A DNA stretch of 64,000 bases from Alphaproteobacteria bacterium. Lineage in GTDB: Bacteria > Pseudomonadota > Alphaproteobacteria > MPNO01 > UBA830. The position numbers and the translations under genes were made by a program. Positions 20,041-30,953 of the stretch are shown piece after piece. The notes below the pieces were generated by a model. That model saw only the letters and a list, made by a program, of their open reading frames with translations, was not told where the DNA came from and searched no databases. Numbering within the stretch: the first letter of the stretch is position 1; the number at the start of each line of letters is the position of its first letter. The DNA lies in assembly GCA_965243135.1 (NCBI GenBank), contig OZ251539.1:640001-704000 (forward strand), read 5' to 3'.

Positions 20041-20110
20041 TCGGAGACAGACCCTCCTTCAACCGCTCCGTCTCGCAATCCGTCCGAACCAGGTCAGGGC
20101 GCAAGGCGGC

Positions 20111-20570
20111 TCAACGCACCGCCGTTCGGCCGCGTCTCAGGACAGGAACTGGCGCCCGAAGGGCTTCAGCGACCGCCGCGGCGCCGGGAAGCGCGTCGAA
20201 GGAGATCCGGCGAGATGACGACCAGGTTCGCGCCTTGCGCGCACCGTTGCGCGGCGACGTCTCGTTTCCTCCGCGAGAAATCGTATTCCGGGCGCTTGGC
20301 GTTCTCAGCCCCGCCATCACTTCCTGTCTTCATATGGCCTTCTCTCGCGCCGCGCGGCCGACCGCGCACTGATCGACCGCGTCCCTAGCGGCCGTTCCGC
20401 GCGACTCTACCACAGGCGCTCGTCGGCGGGACGCCATGCCCAACCCGAGAAGCGCTCTTCGCCACGGGGCCGCCGACAACGGCGCCAGCGGGTCGTCGAA
20501 CACGGTCCTTCTCGAACGAGACGCCGAACGTTTCCCCGTCCATGCGAGGGGTTCTCCCTCGCGCTTCCCC
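20111..20570 (-). pseudogene. Decayed BrnT/BrnA-like toxin-antitoxin pair
   Basis: Toxin fragments GVSFE.., TVFDDPLA, LGLGM. Antitoxin fragments RPEYDFS, GANLVVISPD and PGAAAVAEALR are split across frames. Confidence 0.55.
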
Positions 20571-21775
20571 GCCGAGGGATCCGTTCCTGGCATCGTCCCG
20601 CTCGACTCGCGGGCATTGGCGTTTGGGGGCCATGGCGTCAGAGGGCGGCCGGGTTCCGCCGCCCGGCGTCGGACTTGGCGATGAAGCGGACGCAGGGGTA
20701 GCCGGGGGCCTCCACGTCCTCCCGCGCCTTCTCGACGACCTTCCGAGAGCGTGCGATATCGCCCGACCGCCCCGCCGTCGTAGATGGTCTTCACGTCCGG
20801 CATCGGGTCGTCATAGCGGTCGAAGCCGTGGTTGACGCCGACGATGTCGCCGAGACGGGCCTGAAGGCGGCCTCTGCGACCTCGGACTTGCTGCCCGCTC
20901 ATTTCGGATCTTCCGTCGATGGTCGTCGTAACGCACGGGCGGCGAAACCGCGCTTGGCGCTGGCCGCCCCGCCTGCTCGAACCGGCTGACGGCGAGTTCC
21001 GTCGAAGCGGTGCCGGGCCTTCCGCAAAGATCCGTTGCCTTGGCGGGAGCGACGCAAACGCTTCTCTCCGGATGACCAAGTTCAGTCACTGTAAGCGCTC
21101 GGTTGTGGGGCGACGTTGTTGAGAAGCCGCCTTCAGTCCGGTCACAGGGGCTTCGGCAGTTGACCGGGAGAGCGCGCTTGTGCCGCACTTGCCGTGACAA
21201 CGCCGACCTGGCGTCGATCTCGGCGGCCGCGCCACGAACCTGCGACAAACGCGAAGCGCTCCGCCCGGCGTTCGCGGGCCGGGCGCGTCTCCGGGTTCCG
21301 CGCCGCGCTGCAGGGCGGGAGAGCCGGTTGTTCTCGTCGTCGCGGCGGTCCTTCTCGACGGCCGCGTCGCACGGCGGCCGCAGGGCAATTGTGGGAATTC
21401 CCCGGCGGCGGAGAGACGCCGGGCCCGGGAGCTCCGGGAGGAACTCGACGTCGACGAAAGCTGCTTTTCGCCGTTCACCTTCGCGTCTCACCGACGATTT
21501 TCACCTGCCGCTTTACGTCTGCCGGAAATGGAGAGGCCGCGTGAACGGAAGGGCAGCAGGTCGCGTCGGTGAAGCCGGCGCGCCTCGACGCCTGCCCCCC
21601 GCCGACCGCCCGCTGGTCGCCATGCTGCGCGATAACGCGGCTCTTCCGGAGTTGCGGCCGTCACTTTTCCCCGCCGTACCGCCGCGGATACTGTCGGCTG
21701 CCTGTCGCGCGACGCAGACAGGCCTGCCGCCGCCGACTTCTTGACGGCTCCGGCGCGGCGGCCTACCCTTTTCAA

Positions 21776-23299
21776 ATGACGAAACGCATGCTTCCGATCG
21801 GCTTTTCCTCCCTCCGGGAGATCCGGGGGATGGACTGCTACTACGTCGACAAGACGGACCATGTGCGCCGCCTCGTCGAGAGGGGCAAGTACTATTTCCT
21901 GTCGCGTCCGCGGCGGTTCGGCAAGACCCTCCTGGTGGACACGCTGCAGGAGTTGTTCGAGGGAAACGAGGAGTTGTTCCGGGGCCTCGCCGTGCACGGC
22001 GGGTGGGACTGGTCGGCGCGCCACCCGGTCGTGCGGCTCAGCTTCGGCAGGGGCAATTTTGTCGTCCAGGACGGGGTTCGGATAACCGTGGAACGGCAAC
22101 TGGCGGCGGCGGAGAGGCGCGCCGGCCTCGAACCGGATCCCGTCGAGGCGTCGAACCGTTTCGGGGAATTGATCGAGGCCCTGCACGAGCGCACCGGGCG
22201 GCGGACGGTCGTTCTGGTGGACGAATACGACAAGCCGATCCTCGACGCGCTCGGAGACCGGAAGCTGGCGCGGGCCAACCGCGACTTTCTGCGCAGCCTG
22301 TACGGGGCGATCAAGGACTGCGACAGGCATCTCCGTTTCGTTTTCCTGACGGGGGTGAGCAAGTTCTCGAAGTCGGGCTTGTTCTCTGGCCTGAACAATC
22401 TGCGCGACATCACGCTGGCGCCGGAGTTCTCGGACATCTGCGGTTACACGGACGACGAGCTGGACGCGGTCTTCGCCCCGGAACTCGATGGCCTGGACCG
22501 GGACGAGGTCCGCCGCTGGTACAACGGCTACAACTGGTGCGGGCCGGAGAAGCTCTACAACCCGTTCGGCGTCCTGCTGCTGCTCGCCGAGCGCAGGTTC
22601 GGCAACTACTGGTTCGAGAGCGGCACGCCGACCTTCCTGATCGAGACGCTGACGCGCCGCAACCTGCCCACTCCCCGCCTGGACGGCATGATCGGCAGCA
22701 AGGCCTTGCTCTCGGCCTTCGACGTGGACAGGATCTCGGTCGAGGCCCTTCTGTTCCAGGCTGGCTACCTTACCATCGCCGGCGAGGAGGACGGGCGCTA
22801 CCGGCTGGGCTACCCGAACCTCGAGGTGCGCCAAAGCCTGGGCGAGGCCCTGCTGGAAGAACTGCTCCCGGACGAGGCCCGCGAGGAGGCGGAGAACCTG
22901 CGGCTGGGCGAATTGCTGGAAGCGAACGACTTCGAGCGCCTCGGGACCCTGTTCCGCGGCGTCTTCGCCGCCATCCCGCACCAGTGGTACATGAACAGCC
23001 CGGTGTACGAGGCCCACTACGCGAGCGTCATCCACAGCTGCTTCCTGATGGAGGGCCTCGAGCCGATTGCCGAGGACAGCGGCAGCCGGGGGCGCGCCGA
23101 CATGGCGATCCGCGTCGGCGGGCGCGTTTACCTGTTCGAGTTCAAGGTGGTGGAGCGCGGACGGGAGGGGACCGCGCTCGCGCAGTTGCGGGAGAAGGGC
23201 TACGCGGACAAGTACCGCCACCTCGGGCGTTCGGTCCACCTGATCGGGGTGGAGTTCAGCCGCGAAGAGCGCAACGTCGTCGGATGCGAAACCGCCTGA
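21776..23299 (+). CDS. AAA-ATPase-like protein with C-terminal PD-(D/E)XK nuclease
   Basis: Motifs YYVDKT, FLSRPRRFGKT, LVDEYDKP, FLTGVSKF and GRADM..YLFEFK. Confidence 0.92.
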   Translation: MTKRMLPIGFSSLREIRGMDCYYVDKTDHVRRLVERGKYYFLSRPRRFGKTLLVDTLQELFEGNEELFRGLAVHGGWDWSARHPVVRLSFGRGNFVVQDGVRITVERQLAAAERRAGLEPDPVEASNRFGELIEALHERTGRRTVVLVDEYDKPILDALGDRKLARANRDFLRSLYGAIKDCDRHLRFVFLTGVSKFSKSGLFSGLNNLRDITLAPEFSDICGYTDDELDAVFAPELDGLDRDEVRRWYNGYNWCGPEKLYNPFGVLLLLAERRFGNYWFESGTPTFLIETLTRRNLPTPRLDGMIGSKALLSAFDVDRISVEALLFQAGYLTIAGEEDGRYRLGYPNLEVRQSLGEALLEELLPDEAREEAENLRLGELLEANDFERLGTLFRGVFAAIPHQWYMNSPVYEAHYASVIHSCFLMEGLEPIAEDSGSRGRADMAIRVGGRVYLFEFKVVERGREGTALAQLREKGYADKYRHLGRSVHLIGVEFSREERNVVGCETA

Positions 23300-23639
23300 A
23301 CGGCTTCCCGTCCGGACGCGGCCGCCTCCGCGAAAGAACGCCGTCCGCGAGGCGGGTCCGGCCTGCGGCGGCAGCCGGTTCCGCCGGTTCGTCGCACGGC
23401 TTGACGGGCCGCCTCGGGGCCGGCGCGCTTCTGATGGCGGCGGGCCGGCCTCGTTTTGCGCGGTTCGCAACCGAGCGAAAGTTCACGGTCCGACGAAAAC
23501 GGAAGAATTCGCAGCCGGAAACCCGGGAGGCGGTCGACGCCGCCCGGGAAACGGCGGAGGGCGCGGATATTCCGTCGACGGCGACCGAATTCCAGCGACC
23601 GGGGCCGGCGCGACGAAACGGGACGGGCCGCTGGACAGG

Positions 23640-24008
23640 GCCGAAGTTCGGCAGGGAAGGCCCGGCGAAGGAGCAGGGCCCGCGGCGTTCGTTTCGAGGG
23701 CCGGAGAGCGGCGCCCCGAAGCCGCGACCGCTCCAGGTTCAAGGCCGACTTCGAACGCGAATGCCGCAAACGCAGCCTCTTTGCCCCACCCGAACTCATG
23801 CGTCGAACGCAACAACGGCGCCTGGCGATGCGAGTTTTACGCAACCCGGAACCTCGACACCGACGACCTCGACGACGCCAACCGGCGGATCGGCACCTTC
23901 GCCGACGAGTTCAACGCCTTCGGACCCCGCCAAGCCGATTGCCTTCGCTCCCTGACGGCAAAGAAGACCCCGCCATCCGTAGCGAACGAGGACGCCGGAT
24001 TGACTTGA
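23640..24008 (+). pseudogene. IS481-like integrase-core transposase remnant
   Basis: FKADFERECRKRSLF and NSCVERNNGAWRCEFY..FADEFNAFGPRQA in shifting frames. Confidence 0.6.
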
Positions 24009-24064
24009 CCGGCCGGCGTCGTCAGTCTGCGGTGAGCGAGCTCCGGACAGGGAGGCGCGGCAGG

Positions 24065-24871
24065 ATGAACGATGGGGTTCCGATCCTCGAAGCGCGCGGC
24101 GTGACGCTGCGATTCGGCGGGGTGACCGCTCTCGAGGACGTCGATTTCGAGATCGCCGGCGGCGCCCTGTTCTCGATCATCGGCCCCAACGGCGCCGGCA
24201 AGACCTCCCTCCTCAACTGCGTCTCTGGACGCTACCGGCCCACCGCCGGCGAAATCCTCTACAAGGGCGATTCGCTCTCCGGCCTGACCGCCAACCACCG
24301 CGCCGGACTCGGCATCGGGCGCACCTTCCAGAATCTGGCGCTGTTCGGCCACATGACGGTGATGGACAACATCATGGTCGGACGCCATCACCTGTTGAAG
24401 AACAACTTCCTCACCGGCGCGCTCTACTGGATCGGCGGCGCCCGCAGGGAGGAAGTCGCCCACCGCCGCGAAGTGGAGGAAGTCATCGATTTCCTCGAGA
24501 TCCAGGAAATCCGCCACGCCGTGGCGGGGACGCTGCCCTACGGCTTGCGCAAGCGCGTGGAACTCGCCCGCGCCGTCGCCCTCAAGCCCGACCTTATCCT
24601 GCTCGACGAGCCGATGGCCGGAATGAACCTCGAGGAGAAAGAGGACATGGCGCGTTACGTCATCGACCTCAACGAGGAATGGGGCATGACGGTGGCGATG
24701 ATCGAGCACGACATGTCGGTGGTGATGGACATCTCGCACCGCGTCATGGTTCTTGATTTCGGAAGAAAGATCGCCGACGGCGCGCCGGCCGAGGTGATGA
24801 ACGACGAAAGCGTCAGGAAGGCCTATCTGGGCGAGGAAGATCCGCCGGAGGAGCGCGGGGAGGCGGCGTGA
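24065..24871 (+). CDS. ABC transporter ATP-binding protein (LivG-like)
   Basis: Motifs GPNGAGKT, LPYG, LLDEPMAG and IEHDM. Confidence 0.93.
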   Translation: MNDGVPILEARGVTLRFGGVTALEDVDFEIAGGALFSIIGPNGAGKTSLLNCVSGRYRPTAGEILYKGDSLSGLTANHRAGLGIGRTFQNLALFGHMTVMDNIMVGRHHLLKNNFLTGALYWIGGARREEVAHRREVEEVIDFLEIQEIRHAVAGTLPYGLRKRVELARAVALKPDLILLDEPMAGMNLEEKEDMARYVIDLNEEWGMTVAMIEHDMSVVMDISHRVMVLDFGRKIADGAPAEVMNDESVRKAYLGEEDPPEERGEAA

Positions 24872-26799
24872 ACGATTGGCTCGACGTCGCGCGCTTCGAT
24901 ACGTTTCCGAAAGCGCTCAAACGCAACGCGGAGGGCTGGCCGGACGAGGCGGCTCTGCGCGAAAAGGACTTCGGGTTGTGGCGCGCGATCTCCTGGGCCG
25001 AATACCATTCCCGCGTCCGCGCTCTCGCGCTCGGCCTGCGCGGCCTCGGCGTGGAGCGCGGCGACTGCGTGGCGCTGATCGGCGACAACCGGCCCGGCTG
25101 GGTGTTCGGCGAGGTGGCGGCGCACGCGCTGCGCGCGACGAGCCTCGGAATCTACCGGGATGCGCTTGAAGACGAGGTCGCCTACCTGGTCGAGCACGCG
25201 GGCGTCCGCGTCGTCATCGCCGAAGACGAGGAGCAGGTCGACAAGCTGCTGTCGCTGGGAGACCGCATTCCAACCGTCGAGCGTATCGTCTTTTCCGATC
25301 CGCGGGGAATGCGCAAGTACGATGACGCGCGGTTGATGGATCTCGCGGCCCTGGCCGCGGCCGGCGAGGAGGCCCACAGGGAGGAGCCCGGCCTCTACGA
25401 CGAACTGGTCGCGGCGGGCGAGGGCGGCGACGTCGCCATTCTCTGCACGACTTCGGGCACCACGTCGCGGCCCAAGCTCGCGATGCTCCAGGGCGGGCCG
25501 TTTCTGGCGCATGCCCGCGCCTATCTCGAAGCCGACTCCAAAGGGCCGGGCGACGAGTACGTATCGGTGTTGCCGTTGCCCTGGATCATGGAGCAGGTCT
25601 ATGCGCTCGCCAAGTCTCTGGTTTGCCGCATGACGATCAATTTCGTCGAGGAGCCGGAGACCGCGATGGCCGACATGCGCGAGATCGGACCGACCTTTCT
25701 GCTGCTGGCGCCGAGGGTGTGGGAGCAGATCGCCGCGGACGTGCGCGCCCGGATGCTGGACGCTTCGCCGCTCAAGCGCCGGATGTACGATCTCGGAACC
25801 CGGCTCGGCATGGCGGCGCTCGACCGTGGCCGCCGGTCGGCGCTGGCCGACCTCATCCTCTACCGTCCCTTGCGCGACAGGCTCGGCTTCAGCCGGCTGC
25901 GTTCGGCCGCGACCGGCGGCGCCGCGCTCGGGCCGGACACCTTCCGCTTTTTTCTGGCGATGGGAGTGCCGTTGCGTCAACTCTACGGCCAGACCGAAAC
26001 CGCCGGCGCCTACACGCTGCATGCCGCCGGCGACGTCGATTTCGACTCGGTGGGCGTTCCCTTCCGGGATTGCGAGGTGCGCGTGCGGGATCCCGATTCG
26101 GAAGGCGTCGGCGAGGTCGTCACGCGCCATCCCAACATGTTCCTCGGCTATTTCCGGGGCGAGGAGGCGACGCGCGAGGCTTTGCGCGACGGCTGGATGC
26201 ATACCGGCGACGCGGGCTATTTCAAGGACGGCGGGCGGCTGGTCGTGATCGACAGGATGGCCGACCTCGCCACGACCGACCGCGGCATCCGTTTCTCGCC
26301 CCAGTTCATCGAGAACAAGCTCAAATTCTCTCCCTACGTCGCCGAGGCCGTGGTCCTCGGCGGCGGACGCGGCTATCTGGCCGCAATGATCTGCATCAGG
26401 TTTTCGATCGTTTCCAGGTGGGCCGAGCGCAACCGCATCGCGTTCACCACCTATACCGACCTGTCGGCGCGGCGCGAGGTCTGCGAGCTGATCCGCGCCG
26501 AAGTCGACTCGGTCAACGCGTCGCTGCCGGAAGGCCAGCGCATTCGCAGATTCCTGCTTCTTTACAAGGAGCTCGACGCCGACGACGGCGAACTTACCCG
26601 CACGAGGAAGGTTCGCCGCGGCGTGGTGTTCGAGAAGTACGGAGACATCGTCGATGCCGTCTACGGCGACCGCGACGCGGTCGACGTCGATACGACGATC
26701 GCCTTTCAGGACGGCACGACGCAGCGAATTCGGACGAATCTGGCCATCGTCGACCTCGACGGGCCGGGCGGGACTCGAACGGAGGCGGGCGCGCCATGA
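24868..26799 (+). CDS. Long-chain acyl-CoA ligase (AMP-binding)
   Basis: Motifs TTSGTTSRPK, YGQTE, GWMHTGD and ELTRTRKVRR. Confidence 0.92.
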   Translation: MNDWLDVARFDTFPKALKRNAEGWPDEAALREKDFGLWRAISWAEYHSRVRALALGLRGLGVERGDCVALIGDNRPGWVFGEVAAHALRATSLGIYRDALEDEVAYLVEHAGVRVVIAEDEEQVDKLLSLGDRIPTVERIVFSDPRGMRKYDDARLMDLAALAAAGEEAHREEPGLYDELVAAGEGGDVAILCTTSGTTSRPKLAMLQGGPFLAHARAYLEADSKGPGDEYVSVLPLPWIMEQVYALAKSLVCRMTINFVEEPETAMADMREIGPTFLLLAPRVWEQIAADVRARMLDASPLKRRMYDLGTRLGMAALDRGRRSALADLILYRPLRDRLGFSRLRSAATGGAALGPDTFRFFLAMGVPLRQLYGQTETAGAYTLHAAGDVDFDSVGVPFRDCEVRVRDPDSEGVGEVVTRHPNMFLGYFRGEEATREALRDGWMHTGDAGYFKDGGRLVVIDRMADLATTDRGIRFSPQFIENKLKFSPYVAEAVVLGGGRGYLAAMICIRFSIVSRWAERNRIAFTTYTDLSARREVCELIRAEVDSVNASLPEGQRIRRFLLLYKELDADDGELTRTRKVRRGVVFEKYGDIVDAVYGDRDAVDVDTTIAFQDGTTQRIRTNLAIVDLDGPGGTRTEAGAP

Positions 26800-27689
26800 A
26801 CACGGAACTGCTTCTCCAGCTGGTCGTCAACGGCGTCGTCATCGGCACGCTCTACGGCGTCGTCGCGATGTGCTTCGTCCTGATCTACAAGGCGTCCCAG
26901 ATCGTCAATTTCGCGCAGGGCGAGTTTCTGCTGGTCGGGGCGTGGGTCTGCTGGTGGATCCTGACCGATTTCGACGTGCCGTTCGTCTGGGGCTTCCTGC
27001 TGACGCTGGCGTTCATGATGGCGTTCGGCGTCCTGCTGCAGGTCGTCGTGCTGCGTCCGATGATCGGCGAGTCGATCATCTCCGTGGTCATGGTGACCAT
27101 CGGGCTGTCGATCTTCTTCCAAGCCTTGATGAAATGGCTGTTCGGGGTGTTCGTCCAGCCTTTCCCCGAGGTCTTCGAGACCAAGGCCGTCGACGTGCTC
27201 GGCCTGCAGGTGCAGACCATCTACCTGATGAGCATGGCGATTTCGCTGGTGATCATGGCGGCGTTCGCATGGTTCTTCAAATTCTCGCGGATCGGACTGG
27301 CCATGCGGGCGACCGCCTTCGACCAGCAGGCGGCGCAGTCGCTCGGGATTTCGATCAAGCAGGTTTTCGCGACCTCCTGGGCCATATCGGCGATGGTCTC
27401 GGCCCTGGCCGGCGTGACCGTCGGCGTCGTCAACGGCGTGTCGTCCGAACTTTCCTTCTTCGGGATCAAGGTGTTCCCGGCGGTGATTCTGGGCGGCCTC
27501 GATTCGGTGTTCGGCGCCGTCGTCGGAGGGCTCGTCGTCGGCGTCCTCGAAAATCTCGCGGAATTCGCCGACAGCCAGTTCCTGAACTGGGGCAATCTGT
27601 TCGTCGTCGCGCCGTTCTACGCGCTGATCGTCATCCTGATGATCAAGCCGCGCGGCTTCTTCGGCACCGAAGAGATCGAGCGGGTCTAG
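26796..27689 (+). CDS. Branched-chain-type ABC permease (LivH-like)
   Basis: Motifs VNFAQGE, GLAMRATA and VILGGLDS; ATGA overlap. Confidence 0.92.
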   Translation: MNTELLLQLVVNGVVIGTLYGVVAMCFVLIYKASQIVNFAQGEFLLVGAWVCWWILTDFDVPFVWGFLLTLAFMMAFGVLLQVVVLRPMIGESIISVVMVTIGLSIFFQALMKWLFGVFVQPFPEVFETKAVDVLGLQVQTIYLMSMAISLVIMAAFAWFFKFSRIGLAMRATAFDQQAAQSLGISIKQVFATSWAISAMVSALAGVTVGVVNGVSSELSFFGIKVFPAVILGGLDSVFGAVVGGLVVGVLENLAEFADSQFLNWGNLFVVAPFYALIVILMIKPRGFFGTEEIERV

Positions 27690-27695
27690 CGCGCC

Positions 27696-28754
27696 ATGCG
27701 CCCGACGGGGGATTTCCGCACCAGCTATCAGGCCGACATGACGATCTTCCCGACGCGCGCCTCCCGGCTCGCCTGTTGGGCCGCGATCGCCGCGCTGTGC
27801 GCCTGTCCCTGGGCGCTGGACGGATACATGCTCAACCTGATGATCCAGATCGCCTATCTGGGCATCGCCGCGCTCGGGCTGAACATCCTCGTGGGCTTCA
27901 CCGGCCAGATTTCGCTGGGGCATTCGGCGTTCTTCGGTTTCGGCGCCTTTTCGTCCGCCTGGGTCAGCAACGAGCTGGGCGTCCCGGTGTTTTTCGCGAT
28001 CCCGATCGCCGGGCTGATGACGACCGCGGTCGGCATGATCTTCGGCATACCCGCCGCGCGCATAAGGGGCCTCTACCTGCTGATGGCGACGCTGGCCTCG
28101 CAGTTCATCCTGCAGGACTTCTTCGCCCGCGCCGAATGGTTCACGGGCGGCGCCGCGGGCGCGCTCGCGGAGCCGTTCTCGATCCTGGGCTTCGCCTTCG
28201 ACGGAGACCGGTCGTTTTTCTACGTCGCGCTGGTCTATCTCGTCGTCATGTACGTCGCGGCGTCGAACCTGATGCGCACGCGGGACGGACGGGCTTTCGT
28301 CGCCGTCCGCGACCACTACCTGTCGGCCGAGATAATGGGGGTCAACCTGACGAAGTACCGGATTCTGTCTTTCGGAATCTCCTCGTTCTACGCCGGCGTC
28401 GGCGGCGCGCTGTTCGCGCATTATCTCGGCTTCGTCTCCGTCGAAGGGTTCGACATCTTCCAGTCCGTGCAGTTTCTCGGGATGATCATCATCGGGGGAC
28501 TCGGCTCGGTGATGGGTTCGTTGATGGGAACCGCGTTCATGGTTCTCCTGCCCGAGGTCATGGAAGGCGCGGCGGGACTGCTCAGGGACACGCCGTGGGG
28601 AAAGCTGCCGGCGTTCAGCACCGGCCTGCCCTACCTGAAGGAAATGGCGATCGGCCTGGCGATCGTGCTGTTCCTGATCTTCGAACCCGACGGGCTGGCC
28701 CATCGCTGGCGGCAGACCAAGGCGTATTTCAAGCTGTACCCGTTTTCCTATTAG
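27696..28754 (+). CDS. Branched-chain-type ABC permease (LivM-like)
   Basis: Motifs GFTGQISLGH, GRAFVAVRD and IIIGGLGS. Confidence 0.92.
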   Translation: MRPTGDFRTSYQADMTIFPTRASRLACWAAIAALCACPWALDGYMLNLMIQIAYLGIAALGLNILVGFTGQISLGHSAFFGFGAFSSAWVSNELGVPVFFAIPIAGLMTTAVGMIFGIPAARIRGLYLLMATLASQFILQDFFARAEWFTGGAAGALAEPFSILGFAFDGDRSFFYVALVYLVVMYVAASNLMRTRDGRAFVAVRDHYLSAEIMGVNLTKYRILSFGISSFYAGVGGALFAHYLGFVSVEGFDIFQSVQFLGMIIIGGLGSVMGSLMGTAFMVLLPEVMEGAAGLLRDTPWGKLPAFSTGLPYLKEMAIGLAIVLFLIFEPDGLAHRWRQTKAYFKLYPFSY

Positions 28755-28827
28755 TTCTACAGTCGGGCCGGAGGCGAAACCTTCCTTTCAATCGAACTGG
28801 ACGAGAAACCAGCGAAGGAGGAGACCA

Positions 28828-30066
28828 ATGCACAAGTTCACGATGGCGCTTGCCGGCGCGGCGTTCGCCGCCGGCGGCGCGGCGGCGCAGCAGACGATTC
28901 CGGTCGGCAATCTCATAGATTTCACCGGGCGAACGGCGGTGGTGGGCAAGGAATACGGCCAAGCCAAGATCGACGCCGTCGAGTACATCAACAAGAACGG
29001 CGGCATCAACGGCAAGAAAATCGACCTTCTGACCGTCGATTATTCCTATGTCGTTCCGCGCGCCATCGCCGCCTACAAGAAGTGGAAGTCGCAGAACGAC
29101 GTCGTGGCGGTTCAGGGCTGGGGAACGGGCGACACGGAAGCCCTGATCAGCTTCGTCGCACGGGACAAGACGCCGTATTTCTCGGCTTCGTATTCGGCGC
29201 ATCTCACCGACCCGATGGGCAAGGGGCCGAAGACCAAGAAGGCCGCGCCGTACAACTATCCGATGGGTCCGTCCTATTCCGACGGCGCCCGCGCGCTGAT
29301 CCAGTGGGCGGCGGCCGATTGGAAGAAGAAGGGCATGACGGGCAGCCCCAAATACGTGCACATGGGCGACAACCACCCGTATCCGAACGCGCCCAAGGAG
29401 GCGGGGGAGGCCTACGCCAAGGAGCTCGGCTTCGAAGTGCTTCCGGCGATCCAGTACTCGCTGGCTCCGGGCGACTTCAAGGCGCAATGCCTGAGCCTGA
29501 AGAATTCGGGGGCGAACTACGCCTTCCTCGCCAACACCTCGGGTTCCAACATCTCGCTCCTCAAGTCGTGCGCCACGGTCGGCGCCGAGACCCAGTTCAT
29601 GAGCAACATCTGGGGCTACGACGAGAACGTCATGAAGGCCGCCGGCGCCGCGGCGAACGGCGTCGTCTGGGTGATGGGCGCCGCCAAGTGGGGCGACGAC
29701 GTGCCTGGGATGAAGCTGGTCAAGGCGATTTCCGCGATGTCCGATCCCGACGGCGAGAAGTACCGCGCCGTCCACTACATCCGCGGCGTCTGCTCGGTCT
29801 ATTTCATGAAGGAGGCGATGGAATGGGCCGACGCCAACGGCGGGATCGACGGCCCGAACATCAAGAAGGGCATGTACGCCAAGAAGAACTGGGTGCCCAA
29901 GGGGCTCGAAGGCGTTTGCCCGCCCGGCACCTGGACGGCCGAGGACCATCGCGGCTTCACCGAGGCGCTGGTCTATCGCGGCGACGTGAAGAGCGGAACG
30001 GAATGGTCGATGGCCAACCTGTTCGCCGCGAACATTCCGCGCAAGCCCGAGTGGCTGGGCTGGTAG
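28828..30066 (+). CDS. ABC transporter substrate-binding protein (type I periplasmic, LivK-like)
   Basis: Signal peptide, INKNGGING motif, GGAG RBS. Confidence 0.9.
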   Translation: MHKFTMALAGAAFAAGGAAAQQTIPVGNLIDFTGRTAVVGKEYGQAKIDAVEYINKNGGINGKKIDLLTVDYSYVVPRAIAAYKKWKSQNDVVAVQGWGTGDTEALISFVARDKTPYFSASYSAHLTDPMGKGPKTKKAAPYNYPMGPSYSDGARALIQWAAADWKKKGMTGSPKYVHMGDNHPYPNAPKEAGEAYAKELGFEVLPAIQYSLAPGDFKAQCLSLKNSGANYAFLANTSGSNISLLKSCATVGAETQFMSNIWGYDENVMKAAGAAANGVVWVMGAAKWGDDVPGMKLVKAISAMSDPDGEKYRAVHYIRGVCSVYFMKEAMEWADANGGIDGPNIKKGMYAKKNWVPKGLEGVCPPGTWTAEDHRGFTEALVYRGDVKSGTEWSMANLFAANIPRKPEWLGW

Positions 30067-30122
30067 GGATCCCGAACGCCGGACGGGGAGGCGGCAGGCC
30101 TCTCCGCCCGGCGGCCTGACGC

Positions 30123-30938
30123 ATGGCCCCGTCCGTCGCCGACCGCGGAGAGCCCATCCTCTCGGTCGAAAACATCGAAGTCGTGTATTCCGACGTCATT
30201 CTCGTCCTGCACGGACTGTCGCTCCAGGTCGCCGAGGGCGAGATCGTCGCGTTGCTCGGCGCCAACGGCGCCGGCAAGTCGACCACGCTGAAATCGATCT
30301 CCGGCCTGCTCAAGTCGGAGGACGGAGAGATCGCGTCGGGCGAAATCACCTTCATGGGCGAGCGCATCAGCGGCCGCGACCCGGACGAGATCGTCCGCCG
30401 CGGGATCTTCCAGGTCATGGAGGGTCGCCGCATCATCGCCGACATGTCGGTGATCGAGAATCTCCGCCTCGGCGCGCATACCCGCCGGGACCGCGGGATC
30501 AAGAGCGACATCGAGATGGTGTTCCATTATTTCCCGCGGCTTCGCGAGCGCACCGGACTCGCGGGCTATCTTTCCGGCGGGGAGCAGCAGATGCTGGCGA
30601 TCGGACGCGCCCTGATGGCGCGCCCGAAACTGGTGCTGATGGACGAGCCCTCGATGGGCTTGTCGCCGATGCTCGTCCGCGAGGTCTTCGGCATCGTCCG
30701 GCAGCTCAACCGCGAGCTCGGCATCACCATCCTGCTGGTCGAACAGAACGCCCGCATGGCGCTGCAGGCGGCTTCCTTCGGCTACGTGATGGAGCAGGGC
30801 AAGATCGTTCTCGACGGCACCTCGGACGCGCTTGCGGACAACGAGGACGTCAAGGAATTCTATCTCGGCCAGGGCGGCGAATCCCGGCGCGTTTTCCGCA
30901 ACATCAAGTCGTACAGGCGCCGCAAGCGGTGGCTGTAG
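30123..30938 (+). CDS. ABC transporter ATP-binding protein (LivF-like)
   Basis: Motifs GANGAGKST, LSGGEQQM, MDEPSMGL and VEQN. Confidence 0.93.
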   Translation: MAPSVADRGEPILSVENIEVVYSDVILVLHGLSLQVAEGEIVALLGANGAGKSTTLKSISGLLKSEDGEIASGEITFMGERISGRDPDEIVRRGIFQVMEGRRIIADMSVIENLRLGAHTRRDRGIKSDIEMVFHYFPRLRERTGLAGYLSGGEQQMLAIGRALMARPKLVLMDEPSMGLSPMLVREVFGIVRQLNRELGITILLVEQNARMALQAASFGYVMEQGKIVLDGTSDALADNEDVKEFYLGQGGESRRVFRNIKSYRRRKRWL

Positions 30939-30953
30939 GCCTCGCGGCAGGCG

